64,000 nucleotides of DNA from Octopus sinensis (GCF_006345805.1 NC_043015.1:47182001-47246000), one strand, 5' to 3'; counted from the first letter of the stretch, positions 12,132 to 25,042 are shown. The notes: a model not told the origin generated them from the letters alone. Program-made: numbers and translations.

Positions 12132-12565
12132 TCTATTATATAAAATCCGTTCTGTCTGTCTGTGTGTGTGTCTTCAAGGATCTCGGGCATCCTCCATCCG
12201 ATTGCGCTCAAATTTGATATGTCAATACCGACGGTATCAGGGCGCGTATAAGTCTTAAAAAAATTACAAAAGTCGATTCCAGGAGAGAATGCGATCAATA
12301 AAGCCGTGGGAACGTGCATTTGTATGCGCAAGTACATCGGCTGTTGCAATCGATACTACGCATTGTATGAATAAAATCGTTTTTCTTTGGAATAGAAAAA
12401 AAGCCTATCTTTATTTCTTCTTTTGCTGGTGTCTCAAATTTAGATTAAATCATTGTTTCTCAAAGGGGAGGCCTATGGGACGGTCGGACAAGTTGTTTAG
12501 AGAAAATTTGGTTTTAATGTTTGACAACTCAGCACCGTCCATTGGATGGGGGTGTGTTTTTCTCA
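12132..12565 (+). mobile_element. Non-autonomous Helitron, family 2 (second copy 25057-25575, - strand)
   Basis: A|TC 5' start, ATATAAAATCCGTTCTG, 3' hairpin ACCGTCCA-TTGG-A(T/C)GG then CTCR|T. Confidence 0.65.
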
Positions 12566-12750
12566 TAATTACCATATATGAACAATTAAAATTTTTAGAA
12601 ATGGAGACCAAATTAAGAAAATGCAATAGAAATTACCTTTGAAAAATAGTGTGAATATAATAACACCTTTTTAAGGTTTTGTAGAATATATGTTTCTAGC
12701 ATAAATTATTATTATTTTTGTTGTTATTATTATTACTGTCATTATTATTA

Positions 12751-13150
12751 AGGTGGTGAGCTGGCAGAAACGTTAGCATGCTGGGCAAAATGCTTAGGGG
12801 TATTTCGCCTGTTGCTACATTCTGAGTTCAAATTCTGCTGGGGTTGACTTTGCTTTTCATCCTTTCGGGGTCGATTAAATAAGTACCAGTTATGCACTGG
12901 GGTCGATATAATCGACTTAATCCGTTTGTCTGTCCTTGTTTGTCCCTTCTGTGTTTAGCCCCTTGTGGGTAGTATAGAAATAGATATTTCATCTGCTGTT
13001 ACTTTCTGAGTTCAAATTCCGCTGAGGTCAACTTTGCCTTTCATCCTTTCGGGGTCGATAAAATTAGTACCAGTTACATACTGGGGGGGTCGATGTAATC
13101 GACTTAATCACTTCCCGCAAATTTGAGGCCTTGTGCTTCCAGTAGAAAAG
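12751..13150 (+). mobile_element. tRNA-derived SINE, family A (Meta-domain-like); other copies 13886-14116, 20698-21115, 22797-23028, 50185-50417, 50630-51122
   Basis: GGCGGTGAGCTGGCAGAAACGTTAGC head, GAGTTCAAATTCC B box, GCCTTTCATCCTTTCGGGGTCGAT...AGTACCAG body; TSDs of 18 bp (20680-20697/21116-21133) and 15 bp (50170-50184/50418-50432). Confidence 0.85.
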
Positions 13151-13392
13151 ATTATTATTTATTGTATGAAAACTGACAGCTTATTTTGCTGGGTATGATG
13201 GAAAGTGTCGGCTGTCCACAACCAGCAGACTAAGGTGATACCTGTTTGCTTAGCTGTGCTTCAAGAACCCTGTGAAGAATTTTTGCAGTTCCAAGCAATG
13301 GCTGATTTTTGTAGGCATTCTACCATCACACTTGCATCAATCCTTTTTAGCCATGTTGGTAGTTGAGTACTGATACTTCCAAGTGCACCAAT

Positions 13393-13514
13393 TTATTATT
13401 ATTATTACTACTACCACCACTACCACCACCACCACTACTACCACTACCACCACCACTACTACTACCACCACTACCACCACTACTACCACCACCACCACTA
13501 CTACTACTACTACA

Positions 13515-13573
<59 letters not shown>

Positions 13574-13645
13574 CACCACCACTACCACTATCGCCACCAC
13601 CACCACTACTGCTACTACCACCACTACCACCACCACCACCACCAC
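13393..13645. repeat. (ACT/ACC)n trinucleotide repeat
   Basis: Visible repeat; source of poly-T/V/L ORFs. Confidence 0.97.
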
Positions 13646-14427
13646 GGTGGTGAGCTAGCAGAATCGGTAGCATACCAGGCAAAATGCTTTGTGGCATTTC
13701 ATCTGCCTTTACATTCTGAATTCAAATTCCGCTGAGGTCAACTTTGCCTCTCTGTGGTGAAAGTTGATTGAAAGAATTAATATCTGATATGTTTGATAAC
13801 ATTTTGTACTTCATTGGTATGTAGGATCCTACTTAACTCTTTTGGTACCAAGCTGCCTGAAACTACCTCTGGTTCAATGATATTTAGGCGGCGAGCTGGC
13901 AGAAACGTTAGCACGCCGGGCGAAATGCTTAGCGGTATTTCGTCTGCCGTTACGTTCTGGGTTCAAATTCTGCCAAGGTCGACTTTGCCTTTCATCCTTT
14001 CGGGGTCGATAAATTAAGTACCAGTTACGCACTGGGGTCGATGTAATCGACTTAATTCCTTTGTCTGTCCTTGTTTGTACCCTCTGTGTTTAGCCCCTTG
14101 TGGGTAGTAAAGAAATATATATAAACTCGCAGTTTTAAAATGATCTTAATTAAAACATTCCATCAAATTTTCCTGTTAATTTATGTTCTGAACAGCAGCT
14201 GAATACTTTTGGTACAAACCTGTCTGAGAACGCTCCTGGTACTCTGACTCAAACTTACCGTTTTAAAGTCATCTAAAAATAAAGAATTACATTATTGAAA
14301 TCTTAGAGCTATAATATAACGTGTGATTAATTCAGAAGAATTTGAATAAATAAGCATTACATTTGACAGAGTAATCTGAATGTTAATGAGTTAAAGTAAT
14401 TAACTTGGCAGTTTGCAGCATCTTCAG

Positions 14428-14670
14428 ATATTAACAAAGAACACTTTTGATGGAGATATATCAGTAGAAATATTTGTTAAGAGCAATATACGAGAAGAAG
14501 GAAAACATTTGTGTACTGTGACGAGAGAAAGGAAAATTATGGAAAATGAATTATGTGAAAGAACTGATTTTTCTGATGATGTAAAGAATGAAAAGGGCAA
14601 AATATCATATGATTGTGATATTTGTGGTAAATTCTTCTCCAGGAAAGCTAGCTTACTCATTCACAGCCTT
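14428..14670 (+). pseudogene. Truncated cephalopod-type C2H2 zinc-finger gene fragment in TP53I3 intron 3
   Basis: After a TCTTCAG acceptor: ...MENELCERTDFSDDVKNEKGKISYDCDICGKFFSRKASLLIHSL; one incomplete finger, no further fingers. Confidence 0.6.
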
Positions 14671-15593
14671 TCATCAGAATTATATGTTAATTTTTACCAG
14701 ATACCAGCTTCACAATGAGAAAGTTATTTTGCTAAATTCATTATCATCATCATCATCATAGTTTAATGGCATGGGTTAGACGGTTTGGCAGGAGCCGCCC
14801 AGGTGGGAACCTGCACCGTACTTCTGTGTTTTTGGGCATGATTTTTATAGCTGGATGCCCTTCCTAATGCCAACTACTCTACAGAGTGGGCTGTGTGCTT
14901 TTTACGTGGTACTCACACAGGTGAGGTCAGTTTTGGCGTGGTTTTTACAGCTGGATGTTATTTTTTTAATTATTTGAAACAAAAAGCATTATATGTCGAC
15001 AGAAATATGGTAACAAAAAGGTTAATAACAACGAAGTTATTTCAATAAATTCTGTATTAGTTTCAAATTTAACTGAAACAGAGGCTTTGTATTTCAACAG
15101 AAATTCGGTAATAAAAGTGTTACTGCTCTTAGTAATAAAATCTTTTGAAATTGTCAGTAATGGACAAACAATAACTTATTTTTATTATTCCAGTAATAAA
15201 ACATCAAAAAGAAAAAAATTATTGGGGTGTATGAAAAGCCAGCAGTTCTAACAAAGTTAAACAACTGTAACAGACATTTTGTCCATATAGAGAAGCATTG
15301 CACAATTGCATAATTAAAAGCATTGGTATGTTACTGATTCACTTTGTGAAAAGCTGTTGCTTCACAATTTATCTGTCTCTGTCACCTAGCCTTGCTCAAT
15401 CTCTGAGGTAGAGGAGGAGGTGATAGGGGAAGTTAGTATAAAGTGAAAGTGGGTGGCTGTTGTGTAAACTCAAACAAAACTGAATTATGACATATAAGAA
15501 AACAGATATGTTAAATATTTATTACACTGCTTTTACAAATATCTGTTCATGAATAAGTGTGTGTGTGTGTGTGTGTGTATGTACAAATGTATA

Positions 15594-15649
<56 letters not shown>

Positions 15650-15680
15650 CCTATATGTGTATTATGTATGCATGTATGTG

Positions 15681-15723
<43 letters not shown>

Positions 15724-16460
15724 CTGTAGAAACATTGCCAGATAAGACTGGAGCCTAGTGCAGCCTTCTGGCTTCCCAGATCCCCGGTCGAACCGTCCAA
15801 CCCATGCTAGCATGGAGAACGGACGTTAAACGATGATGATGATGATATATATATATATACATACTTTTATTCGTTTCAGTCATTAGACTGTGGCCATGCT
15901 GGAGCACAAATCGACTCCAGGACTTATTTTTTTAAAGCCTAATACTTATTCTATCAGTTTCTTTTGCCAAACCACTAAGTTACAGAGACTTAAACACATT
16001 AACATCAATTGTCAAGCAGTGATAGGAGAACACACACACACACTCATATACAACAGGCTTCTTTCAGTTCCCTTCTACCAAATCCACTCACAAGGCTTTG
16101 GTCAGAAGACACTTGCCCAAAGTGGCATGCAGTGGGACAGAACCCGGAACCATGTGGTTGGGAAGAAAAACTGTGTACAGTTGTGAATGGTGCTTTTTAC
16201 GTGCCACCAGCATGGGGAGCCAGTCAGGTGCCTCTGGCAACAACCCATGCATGAATGGTGTTTACTGCATGCCACCAGCACTGGTATCGGCCACAACAAC
16301 AATTTCCATTTGATTTGATTTGATTTTGATTTATTTGACTCAATAGGTCTCCTCAAACACAGCATGTTGTCCTATGATCAAAGGTACTTTTTAAATGGAC
16401 TGGTTATGCAACACTGGTGTAGGCTATGGCTGTGATCTCACTTTCCTTGCTGGGTCTATA

Positions 16461-16491
<31 letters not shown>

Positions 16492-16511
16492 TTATAAAAA
16501 AGAAGTTTGAA

Positions 16512-16822
16512 AACACCACTATGGACACCCATGGACATATTTACAAAGTAAGAAAACAGCACAGCTCCCATGACTTCAGGAAACATTTTTTCACGCTGAG
16601 AGTTGCTGAAGCGTGGAACAAACTGCCGGCATCGGTTGTTAGTTGTCGGAGCACTGCATCCTTCAAAACTTCCATGCTTCCTGAGATTCGCCAACACTAC
16701 ACTTGATATACACACAAGCATGTTCACTTTCCAGACATTTCTACATTACTGCATGTACTTTATATGCACTTTCTGACAAGTTGTGGTGCACCTGAGCACT
16801 GTATACAATAATTTCATTATAT
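16512..16822 (+). mobile_element. CR1 LINE 3' end with (ATT)n tail; same-family copy 54485-54690 on - strand
   Basis: HIYKVRKQHSSHDFRKHFFTLRVAEAWNKLPASVV...FK; 3'UTR nearly identical between the two copies. Confidence 0.8.
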
Positions 16823-16828
16823 TATATA

Positions 16829-17156
16829 TATAAGATAAATTTCAATTTTCTTAGAGATTTTACATGTTTCAGTTCTTGAAAAAAACGAACCTTATCAAAA
16901 ATATTTTAAAAAGTTAAGTGTAATAAAAAAAGTTCATAATTGTTTCTTACTAGATTCAGCAGAGTCCACATGCTGGTGTTTTTTTGGTGGGAGCATAATG
17001 ACTGCCTTGTGCATAGGCTAGAATCATTGGCTGTAATCGTGAAATTATGAACTTTTTTATTACACTTAACTTTTAAAAGTATTTTTGATAAGGTTCGTTT
17101 TTTCATGAAGAACTGAAACATGTAAAATTTCGGAGAAAATTAAAATTTATCTTATA
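16829..17156. mobile_element. MITE with long (about 115 bp) terminal inverted repeats in a TA context
   Basis: TAAGATAAATTT...AAGTTCATAATT mirrored by AATTATGAACTT...TTTATCTTA. Confidence 0.75.
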
Positions 17157-17219
17157 TAGTGGCGTTTTCAAACTTCTTTTTTATAAATATATACCCACTC
17201 GTATGCCACCTACACTTTT

Positions 17220-17263
<44 letters not shown>

Positions 17264-17643
17264 AAAATGGAGGAACAAATTCATTTCAATCATCAACTTA
17301 CAGATATTACCATTTCATATTATTTATTAACTACATAAATAGGAACATCCAGTATTCTTATGGTATTATTATCTTACATATTGATGTATATTGTTTTGTT
17401 GGATTTGGATGTTCATATTTATGTAGTTAATAAATAATATGAATTTGTTCCTCAATTTTCTTATTTGTTTTATGAATTTACGGTAAAATATTTTACCTTC
17501 GCCCATCCGATACAATAAATGAATTAATTGCATTGCAATTATAAGCATTTATGTATTTGGCATTTGGGTGCTTCATCAGCAGTATATTGGATAACTGATA
17601 TCCCATAGTGGGTTACACTCATAACCCCTGTCTAACTTTGTAC

Positions 17644-17691
<48 letters not shown>

Positions 17692-17734
17692 TATAAGAAT
17701 TAGTAGTATTAGTAGTGTTTTGTTTATATTGCAG

Positions 17735-17947
17735 GTAAACTCCAGCCTGAAGACTATGTGCTGATTCATGCAGGAGCAAGCGGTGTTGGTACAGCAGCAA
17801 TCCAGTTGGTGACGTTAGCTAAAGGCAAAGCAATTGTGACAGCAGGCTCAGAAGACAAGATCAAATTGGCGCTTGAGTTAGGGGCCTCAGCTGGCTTTAA
17901 TTACAAAGAGACTGATTTCTCAGAAGAAGTGATGAAATTCACTGAAG
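17735..17947 (+). CDS. TP53I3: PIG3 coding exon 4 (nucleotide-binding AGASGVGTAAIQL)
   Basis: TGCAG acceptor; KLQPEDYVLIHAGASGVGTAAIQL...GFNYKETDFSEEVMKFTE; GTGGGA donor, phase 1. Confidence 0.93.
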
Positions 17948-18253
17948 GTGGGACTTTGACTACTTTCTACTGTCTTCCTTCATTTGGAATTTTGTGAGAG
18001 GGTCAGGGTTAACATTTTTTAAGGTGTGCTTTTTAAATTGCTACCCTAGGGGATAGTCAAGATTAATTTTGGATTCTTACTCCTGGCAGTTAATTAGAGG
18101 TGTCTCACTAATCAAGTGCCACCTGTCAAAATATCTAGTTAGAGGACTGTCTCGTTAGCCAACATGCCTTGTTAAAGGGTATCACCAAATAACATGCTTA
18201 GTTAAAGGAGTGTATCACCTGTTTGATTAATAGAGTGTTGTCCTCTAGAGTGC

Positions 18254-18654
18254 TTACTCTTTACTCTCTTTTACTTGTTTCAGTCATTTGACTGCGGCCA
18301 TGCTGGAGCACCGCCCTTAGTCGCGCAACTCAACCCCGGGACTTATTCTTTTGTAAGCCCAGCACTTATTCTATCGATCTCTTTTGCCGAACCACTAAGT
18401 AACGGGGACATAAACACACCAGCATCAGTTGTCAAGCAGTGCTAGGGGGACAAACACAGACACACAAACACACACACGCATATATATATATATACGACGG
18501 GCTTCTTTCAGTTTCCGTCTACCAAATCCACTCACAAGGCTTTGGTCGGCCCGAGGCTATAGTAGAAGACACTTGCCCAAGGTGCCACGCAGTGGCACTG
18601 AACCTGGAACCATGTGGTTGGTAAACAAGTTACTTACCACACAGCCACTCCTGC
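18254..18654 (-). mobile_element. tRNA-derived SINE, family B (most abundant; e.g. 36385-36798 -, 47206-47612 +, 51412-51685 +, 56843-57235 -, 57598-58007 -, 58228-58645 +, 58978-59337 -)
   Basis: Head GGCGCAGGAGTGGCTGTGTGGTAAG...GGTTCAGTCCCACTGCG, internal (TA/TG)n, 3' end GACTGAAACAAGTAAAAGAG. Confidence 0.88.
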
Positions 18655-19468
18655 TTGGTCAGTTATGATTTTTATGTTTTCCATTCTCTGTTGGCATCCT
18701 TCAAGCCTTCCTGAAATGGCCAACACCACATAGCTGATAAGCTTTCGTGTCTTTTCCTCTCACTGGTCTCCATCTTAATGCTATTTTGCATACTGATTAT
18801 CTGACAATGATTTAGGTTTAATTAAATTGAACGTATAACCTTCCCAGAGATTGTGATCAGGGCTTAACTTAACTGAATCCTTTTTTTTTTTATGCTGTTA
18901 AGTATGATTTAGTGTTAAACTTTATTAAATATATGTCCTTTGGTTCCCTGTTCAGGAATCAAGAAAAAAAAATGGTGACAACTTTCGTTGTGACTAGTTA
19001 AAAGTGTCACCTTTTACCTAGGTTAATTAGAGGTGTTATTTTATCTTGTTAAAGTAACCTTTCATCATGACTAATCAAGAGGGTCACCTTTCATTAAAAC
19101 TAATTATGACTGTATTGTTAGTAGTTAATGGCATCACTTTTCTGAATTTGTATTTATTAACTATTGTGTATAATTATATTTGTAATGCTGTTGGTATTTA
19201 TTAAAAATAAATCTTTTATAATGATAACAAGATTGTTACTTAAGGATTTGGAAATGATAAGTGAAATAGATTGATTCAGTTTGTAATTATTTAGATAATC
19301 TAATAAATATAAGTTGATGTTTGTATACAAAAATGTGTATATCATAAGATTAGTTATGAAAAAAAGGAGCCACTTTCTATGAGGACTTATTAACAAGGTT
19401 ATCTTTTATCACATCCAGTAAGGTGGATCATAACAAATTAAATAAATATCATCAGGCAATACGCTTAA

Positions 19469-19688
19469 CCCTTTCGTTACTGTATTTATTTTGAGATGCT
19501 CTGTGTTTCTTTCAATTACTTTAAGTATAACAAAGAATTTAGTAAAATAACTTAGTTATCATTAAGCTAGTGATAAGAACATAAATTGTGAATAAGGTTT
19601 GGTGGAAGATTTCAATTCAAAACTTATGAAAACAAGACATTTGTACTCAGAGCTAGAGCCGGTTTCAGCCAGGTTGGTAATAAAGGGG
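19469..19688. mobile_element. piggyBac-like MITE, family 2, copy 2
   Basis: TTAA target duplication on both sides; CCCTTTCGTTAC terminus. Confidence 0.85.
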
Positions 19689-20081
19689 TTAAGGGAGGTC
19701 ACTTGCCTACATATTTAGTTGAAGGAATGTCTCACTAGTCAATATATTTAGTGAACTGGAGTGTCACATGTCATAATGTTTGCTTAACGAGGTGTTACAC
19801 AACAAATTTTTAATTAAAAGTGTCCATTGTTAAAATGTCTAGTTAAAGATGTCTCACCAATTTAGATGTCAAATAAATGAAAGGGTTGTCACCTGCCATA
19901 ATGTCTAATTAAAAAAGTGCCACTCATCAAAATGTGTAGTTAAAGGATGTCACTTGTCAACTTTTTTAGTTAAAAGTGGGGAATTACCTGACAAAATGAC
20001 TAATTAAAAATGTGCCACCTGTCAAAACTTTTGGGTAGAGGTGGTGGTGTCCCTTCTCAAAATGGCTGGTTAAAGATGTAA

Positions 20082-20219
20082 AACTTGTCAAAATGTCTAA
20101 TCTAAGGTGTAACCTGTTAAAATGTCTAATCTAAGGTGTAACCTGTCAAAATGTCTAATCTAAGGTGTAACCTGTCAAAATGTCTAATCTAAGGTGTAAC
20201 CTGTCAAAATGACTAGTTG
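20082..20219. repeat. 29-bp minisatellite (about 4.7 units) upstream of TP53I3 exon 5
   Basis: AACCTGTCAAAATGTCTAATCTAAGGTGT repeated; degenerate relatives extend back to about 18060. Confidence 0.9.
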
Positions 20220-20274
20220 AAACTATTTGTGCTGACAAAAATGCTTTAGAAATAAATATTTCCAATGTTTACAG

Positions 20275-20379
20275 GTCGTGGAGTCAACTTGATTCTTGAT
20301 TGTGTTGGAGGTGTTTACTGGGAGATGAATGTTAATTGCCTTGCTATGGATGGACGCTGGGTTTTATATGGACTTCTTG
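20275..20379 (+). CDS. TP53I3: PIG3 coding exon 5 (absent from the ORF track)
   Basis: TTACAG acceptor; [34 protein letters not shown] versus human [32 protein letters not shown]; GTAAGT donor. Confidence 0.93.
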
Positions 20380-21685
20380 GTAAGTATAAAATTAGTTTGG
20401 GGTGGTTGTAATCTTGGTACAGAAATCATTTAGGGCTTCAAAATGTGCAATTAAGTATTCTTAAACCAATATTAAGTATTGCTCTCTGAGAATATAATTC
20501 TAAAAAGTTCACATAACCTGATATTTCTGGTTGTTAGTAAAATACGGGGTTCAATTTTGCTTTTAGTTATTGCTCAAAGAAAAATATGGCTGTCACACTA
20601 TAAAAAACGTTTGTGATCTGTTGCATTATGGGTAGTATTAAGCTGATCTGCATGCTTTTATTATAACTTGTTTCTCTTCAGAAATTCTTAGATTAATCAA
20701 GGCGGTGAGTTGGCAGAAACATTAGCACGCCGGGCAAAATGCTTAGCAGTATTTCGTCTGCTGTTACATTCTGAGTTCAAATTCAGCCGAGGTCGACTTT
20801 GCTTTTCATCCTTTCAGGGTCGATAAATTAAGTACCAGCTAAGCACTGGGGTCAATGTAATCATCTTAATCCCTTTGTCTGTCCTTGTTTGTCCTCTCTG
20901 TGTTTAGTCCCTTGTAGGTAGTAAAGAAGTAGGTATTTTGTCTGCCGTTACGTTCTGAGTTCAGATTCCACCGAGATCAACTTTGTCTTTCATCCTTTCG
21001 GGGTCGATAAATTAAGTACCAGTTACACACTGGGGTCGATGTAATCGACTTAATCCCTTTATCTGTCCTTGTTTGTCCCCTCTATGTTCGGGCCCTTGTG
21101 GGCAATAAAGAAATAAGAAATTCTTAGATTAATATTGGTTTTAGAATATTTATTGACACCAGAATATGTATGCATGCTCCTCTTCAGTAAGATGCCTCTT
21201 CCTATCCCTCTTTCATACTTTCACATCCTTCAAGAGTTTGTCCCACTGCATTGAAGAATTTTATCTTGTGAGCACTTGATACCCTCTCTAGTGCCAGTTC
21301 CACAAAAGAAGTACCCAGTATACTCCGTGAATTGGTTTGTATTAGATGGGGCATCCAGCTGTAGAAACCCTGCCAGAGCAGACATTAAAACTCTGCACAA
21401 CCTTCTGGCTTGTCAGCTCCTGTTGAACTGTCCAGCTTATGCCAGCCTAGAGAAAGGGATGCTAAATGATGATAAAGAGGATATATACACGCAATGGTCT
21501 TCTTTCAGTTTCCATCTACCATATCCATTCACAAGAGTTTTGGTTTGTCCTGGGCTATTGCAGAAGGCATTTTTCCACGATGCCACACAATAGGATTGAA
21601 CCCCAAACCATGTGTTTGGGAAGTAAACCTCTTAACCACATGACCATTCTTGCATCTCAATGTTTCTGTTTGATTTCTTTCACAG

Positions 21686-21777
21686 GTGGACGGTCTGTGA
21701 ATGGAAATTTATTCTTGGAACTGTTAAAGAAGAGAATCAGTTTGATGGCCACAACTTTAAGGACACGTACCGATGAG
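21686..21777 (+). CDS. TP53I3: PIG3 coding exon 6
   Basis: CACAG acceptor; GRSVNGNLFLELLKKRISLMATTLRTRTDE; GTGAGT donor, phase 0. Confidence 0.9.
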
Positions 21778-22786
21778 GTGAGTAACCCTAGATTTTAGTT
21801 AGTAACATATAATGTCTATGTATGTACCACAGTACAAATAAACTTGGACATTGTGGCCGTTGCCAGCCTCGTCCAGCACCCGCGCTGGTGGCACGTAAAA
21901 AGCACCCACTACACTCACGGAGTGGTTGGCGTTAGGAAGGGCATCCAGGTGTAGAAACACTGCCAGATCAGACTGGGCCTGGTGCAGCCTTCTGGCTTCC
22001 CAGACCCCGGTTGAACCGTCCAACCCATACTAGCATGCAAAATGGACGTTAAACGATGATGATGATGATAATGAAAACGAGTCATATTTAAATGTATTCA
22101 TAATTAAAAATTGTGTTGTTAAACCAGAGAAAAAAGTCTTTAAATGTGACTATTATGATGACACTGTCATCTTTTGACATTCAATTTTTCATACTTGCTG
22201 GGTTGAGAATTTATTGAAGCAAATTTGCTATGGCCAGATGCCCTTACCGCCAGCAACCCTCTGCTCCCTAGCAAGGTAATACCTCTCCATGTCAGGATGT
22301 CCTTTCATTTCACAGAACACTAGAAATTAATGATGTCGCTTTGTATGACAGTGACACTCATTTATAATTACCACATACTAACAAAACAAAGGCACACACA
22401 CACATGCACACACATGTGGTGGTGGACTTTTCTAAGATTGTATGTGCAACACCTTAACCACTAGATCACATGTCTTCAGTGTATCCCATCTACCAAAATC
22501 TACTCACAAGACTTTGGTAGGTTATGAAGCCATAAACAAACCAACACCAGTTATCAAGCAGTAGGAAGCTAATGACAAATGCTCACACAAAGATACATGT
22601 AGACACACACACAATAGGCTTCCACACAGTTTCTGCCTACCAAATTCATATACAAGGCATTAGTCAACTACGGTTATAGCAGATAACACTTGCCCCAGAA
22701 GCCACAGAATGGAATTGAACCTAAGACCACAGAACAAGCTTCTTAACCAAACCATAACTATTGGTTTTTATTTATTTATTTATTAA

Positions 22787-23526
22787 CCCCTTGATGCCGG
22801 TGAGCTGGCAGAAACGTTAGCACGCCGGGCGAAATGCTTAGCGGTATTTCGTCTGCCGTTACGTTGTGAGTTCAAATTCTGCCGAGGTCGACTTTACCTT
22901 TCATCCTTTCGGGGTCGATTAAATAAGTACCAGTTACGTACTGGGATCGATATAATCGACTTAATACCTATGTCTGTCCTTGTTTGTCCCCTCTATGTTT
23001 AGCCCCTTGTGGGTAGTAAAGAAATAGATATTATCCGAAGCATGCGAGACACTGCTCCGTTTTTTTTTATCTAATGAGACCACACAAACACACAAGTGCC
23101 AATGAGCTCGCGTCTATTTACGTTCACCGTTACAATAACAGTGTCGTACATTTACGTCTACCGGTTTATGAAAACGAACTATGTGAAGCTATTTATCATA
23201 ATATATGCACGATTTATTCTGCTCAAGTTCAAAAAATAACTTGCGTGTGGTACAACTCAAAGCTGGTTTTATGCATGTAAAGTATCCGCATGTCATTGGT
23301 CTACTGCTAGTCTCATGACTTGAATGTAACCTAAAATAGCTAAGATAATGCACGGGACGGCGAGCGCACTTCAAGAAATAAAGTACACATCAGCAAACAT
23401 AAACATACATCAGCCGCTAAAAAGTCCGTGATAGATGTAGGGCAGCTCTACATTGTATATTTACGTTAACCGTGGGTAGGCAAGCAAAAGTGTGATTGCA
23501 TATTTGCATCAGTCGTTGTCAAGGGG
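22787..23526. mobile_element. piggyBac-like non-autonomous element with a nested family A SINE
   Basis: TTAA|CCCCTTGA ... TCAAGGGG|TTAA. Confidence 0.55.
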
Positions 23527-23620
23527 TTAACTAATTATCATTGATTTTTTAAAAAAGTTGTTGTTGTCTTTTGAAACGTCTAGCCTTATCTTAACTCTTG
23601 TTTTTTTTTTGTAATTTCAG

Positions 23621-23872
23621 TATAAAGGTCAACTCGTCGAAGCGTTCTCACAGCAAGCTTTGTCACACTTTGAAAGAGGTTATCTGAAACCTGTAATGGA
23701 CAGTGTTTTCCCTCTAGACCAGATCAGTGCCGCACATGAGAAAATGGAAGCGAACAAGAACATGGGCAAGATAATGATACGAGTTGCCAAAGACAACACT
23801 GATGCCATCGGTGTTGTCGACAGCATCAACAACATCAACAAAGAAGAGACACAGATCAAAGCTGAATTGTAG
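23621..23872 (+). CDS. TP53I3: PIG3 coding exon 7 (last); joined CDS 1068 nt, 355 aa
   Basis: TTTCAG acceptor; YKGQLVEAF...AHEKMEANKNMGKI then an extension ending KAEL-TAG; AATAAA at 23958-23963. Confidence 0.92.
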   Translation, partial: YKGQLVEAFSQQALSHFERGYLKPVMDSVFPLDQISAAHEKMEANKNMGKIMIRVAKDNTDAIGVVDSINNINKEETQIKAEL

Positions 23873-25011
23873 CATTGATATGAGCTGAAGGATATAAATT
23901 TTCTTAACTACGCTGCCCACCTCTATAGAGTTAGATTTTACTAATTTTGATTAATAGAATAAAGGAAGTTGAAAAGACAATTAAGTGAATATAAGAAACA
24001 AAAATATAATAATTATAATAATAATAATAATTATTATTATAATAAGCAGAATAGAAGTCTATTTTTCTTCACTCAGTGGTATGAGCTTGATAATAAACAA
24101 GGGAGAAAAACTATTAGACACCATACAGCAAATGTAATAAGCAATTATCTCTCTATATATGTATATGTGTAAGTGTGTGTGTATGTATGTATGTACGTAT
24201 GTATGAATATATATATATACACAAATACATACATACAAATATATACATGTATATACACACACACACGCACACATGTATATATGTATATACACAAATATAT
24301 GTACATACATATATGTATATACACAAATATATGTACATACATACATATATATACATATATATATATATACACACACACACTCACACACATACATATATAT
24401 ATGTACGTACAAACACACACACACAAGTTGTAATAACAAAGTAAGTTTCAGGTCTGCGCAATATATAAATGCATGTAATAGGAAATCTTTCTTGCAAGTC
24501 CCAAAGCTTCCATGAAAATTAAAAGAATGATCTTCAACAACTACATTTTACCAATGATGATTTACTGTAGTGAAACAAGGGCTATAAACACTATCATCAT
24601 GAACGCCCTCATTGTAACCCAATAGTGTAAAGTAATTTAAAAGTTAAAACCAAAATTATAAAAAAAAGACCATATATTTAGCCAGGAAAACTTGATATTT
24701 TAGATAAAAATTTTATTATATTAGTGTATTTAACTGCATATCGACATTTAGCCATAAGTCAACAAGGGAGCCTCAGTGAAGTAGTTGATCCACCTGCTAG
24801 AAATAGCATTCCCCTCTGACCCACCGGTTTCTTCTCTACCTGTTACTCCCATTGTGCATCACTTTTCTCAGTACCCTTCTGGAGATCTCCTCCTCTGTCA
24901 CTCATGGTCATCCAGCAAACATTGACATAGAAATGTTTCTTATTAAACATTGATTGCATCAATCTCAATGTCATTAGTCTGGAAGATCCTGATAATCCTT
25001 TCTTCTGAATA

Positions 25012-25042
<31 letters not shown>

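Noticed and set aside
13337-13697. Poly-V/T/L/G-S ORFs (also 31195-32101, 42803-43408, 50027-50403)
   Set aside because: Trinucleotide repeats lacking stops.
19157-19396. AT-rich hydrophobic ORF resembling a mitochondrial insertion (NUMT)
   Set aside because: I could not match it to any mitochondrial protein; a BLAST against the Octopus mitogenome would settle it.
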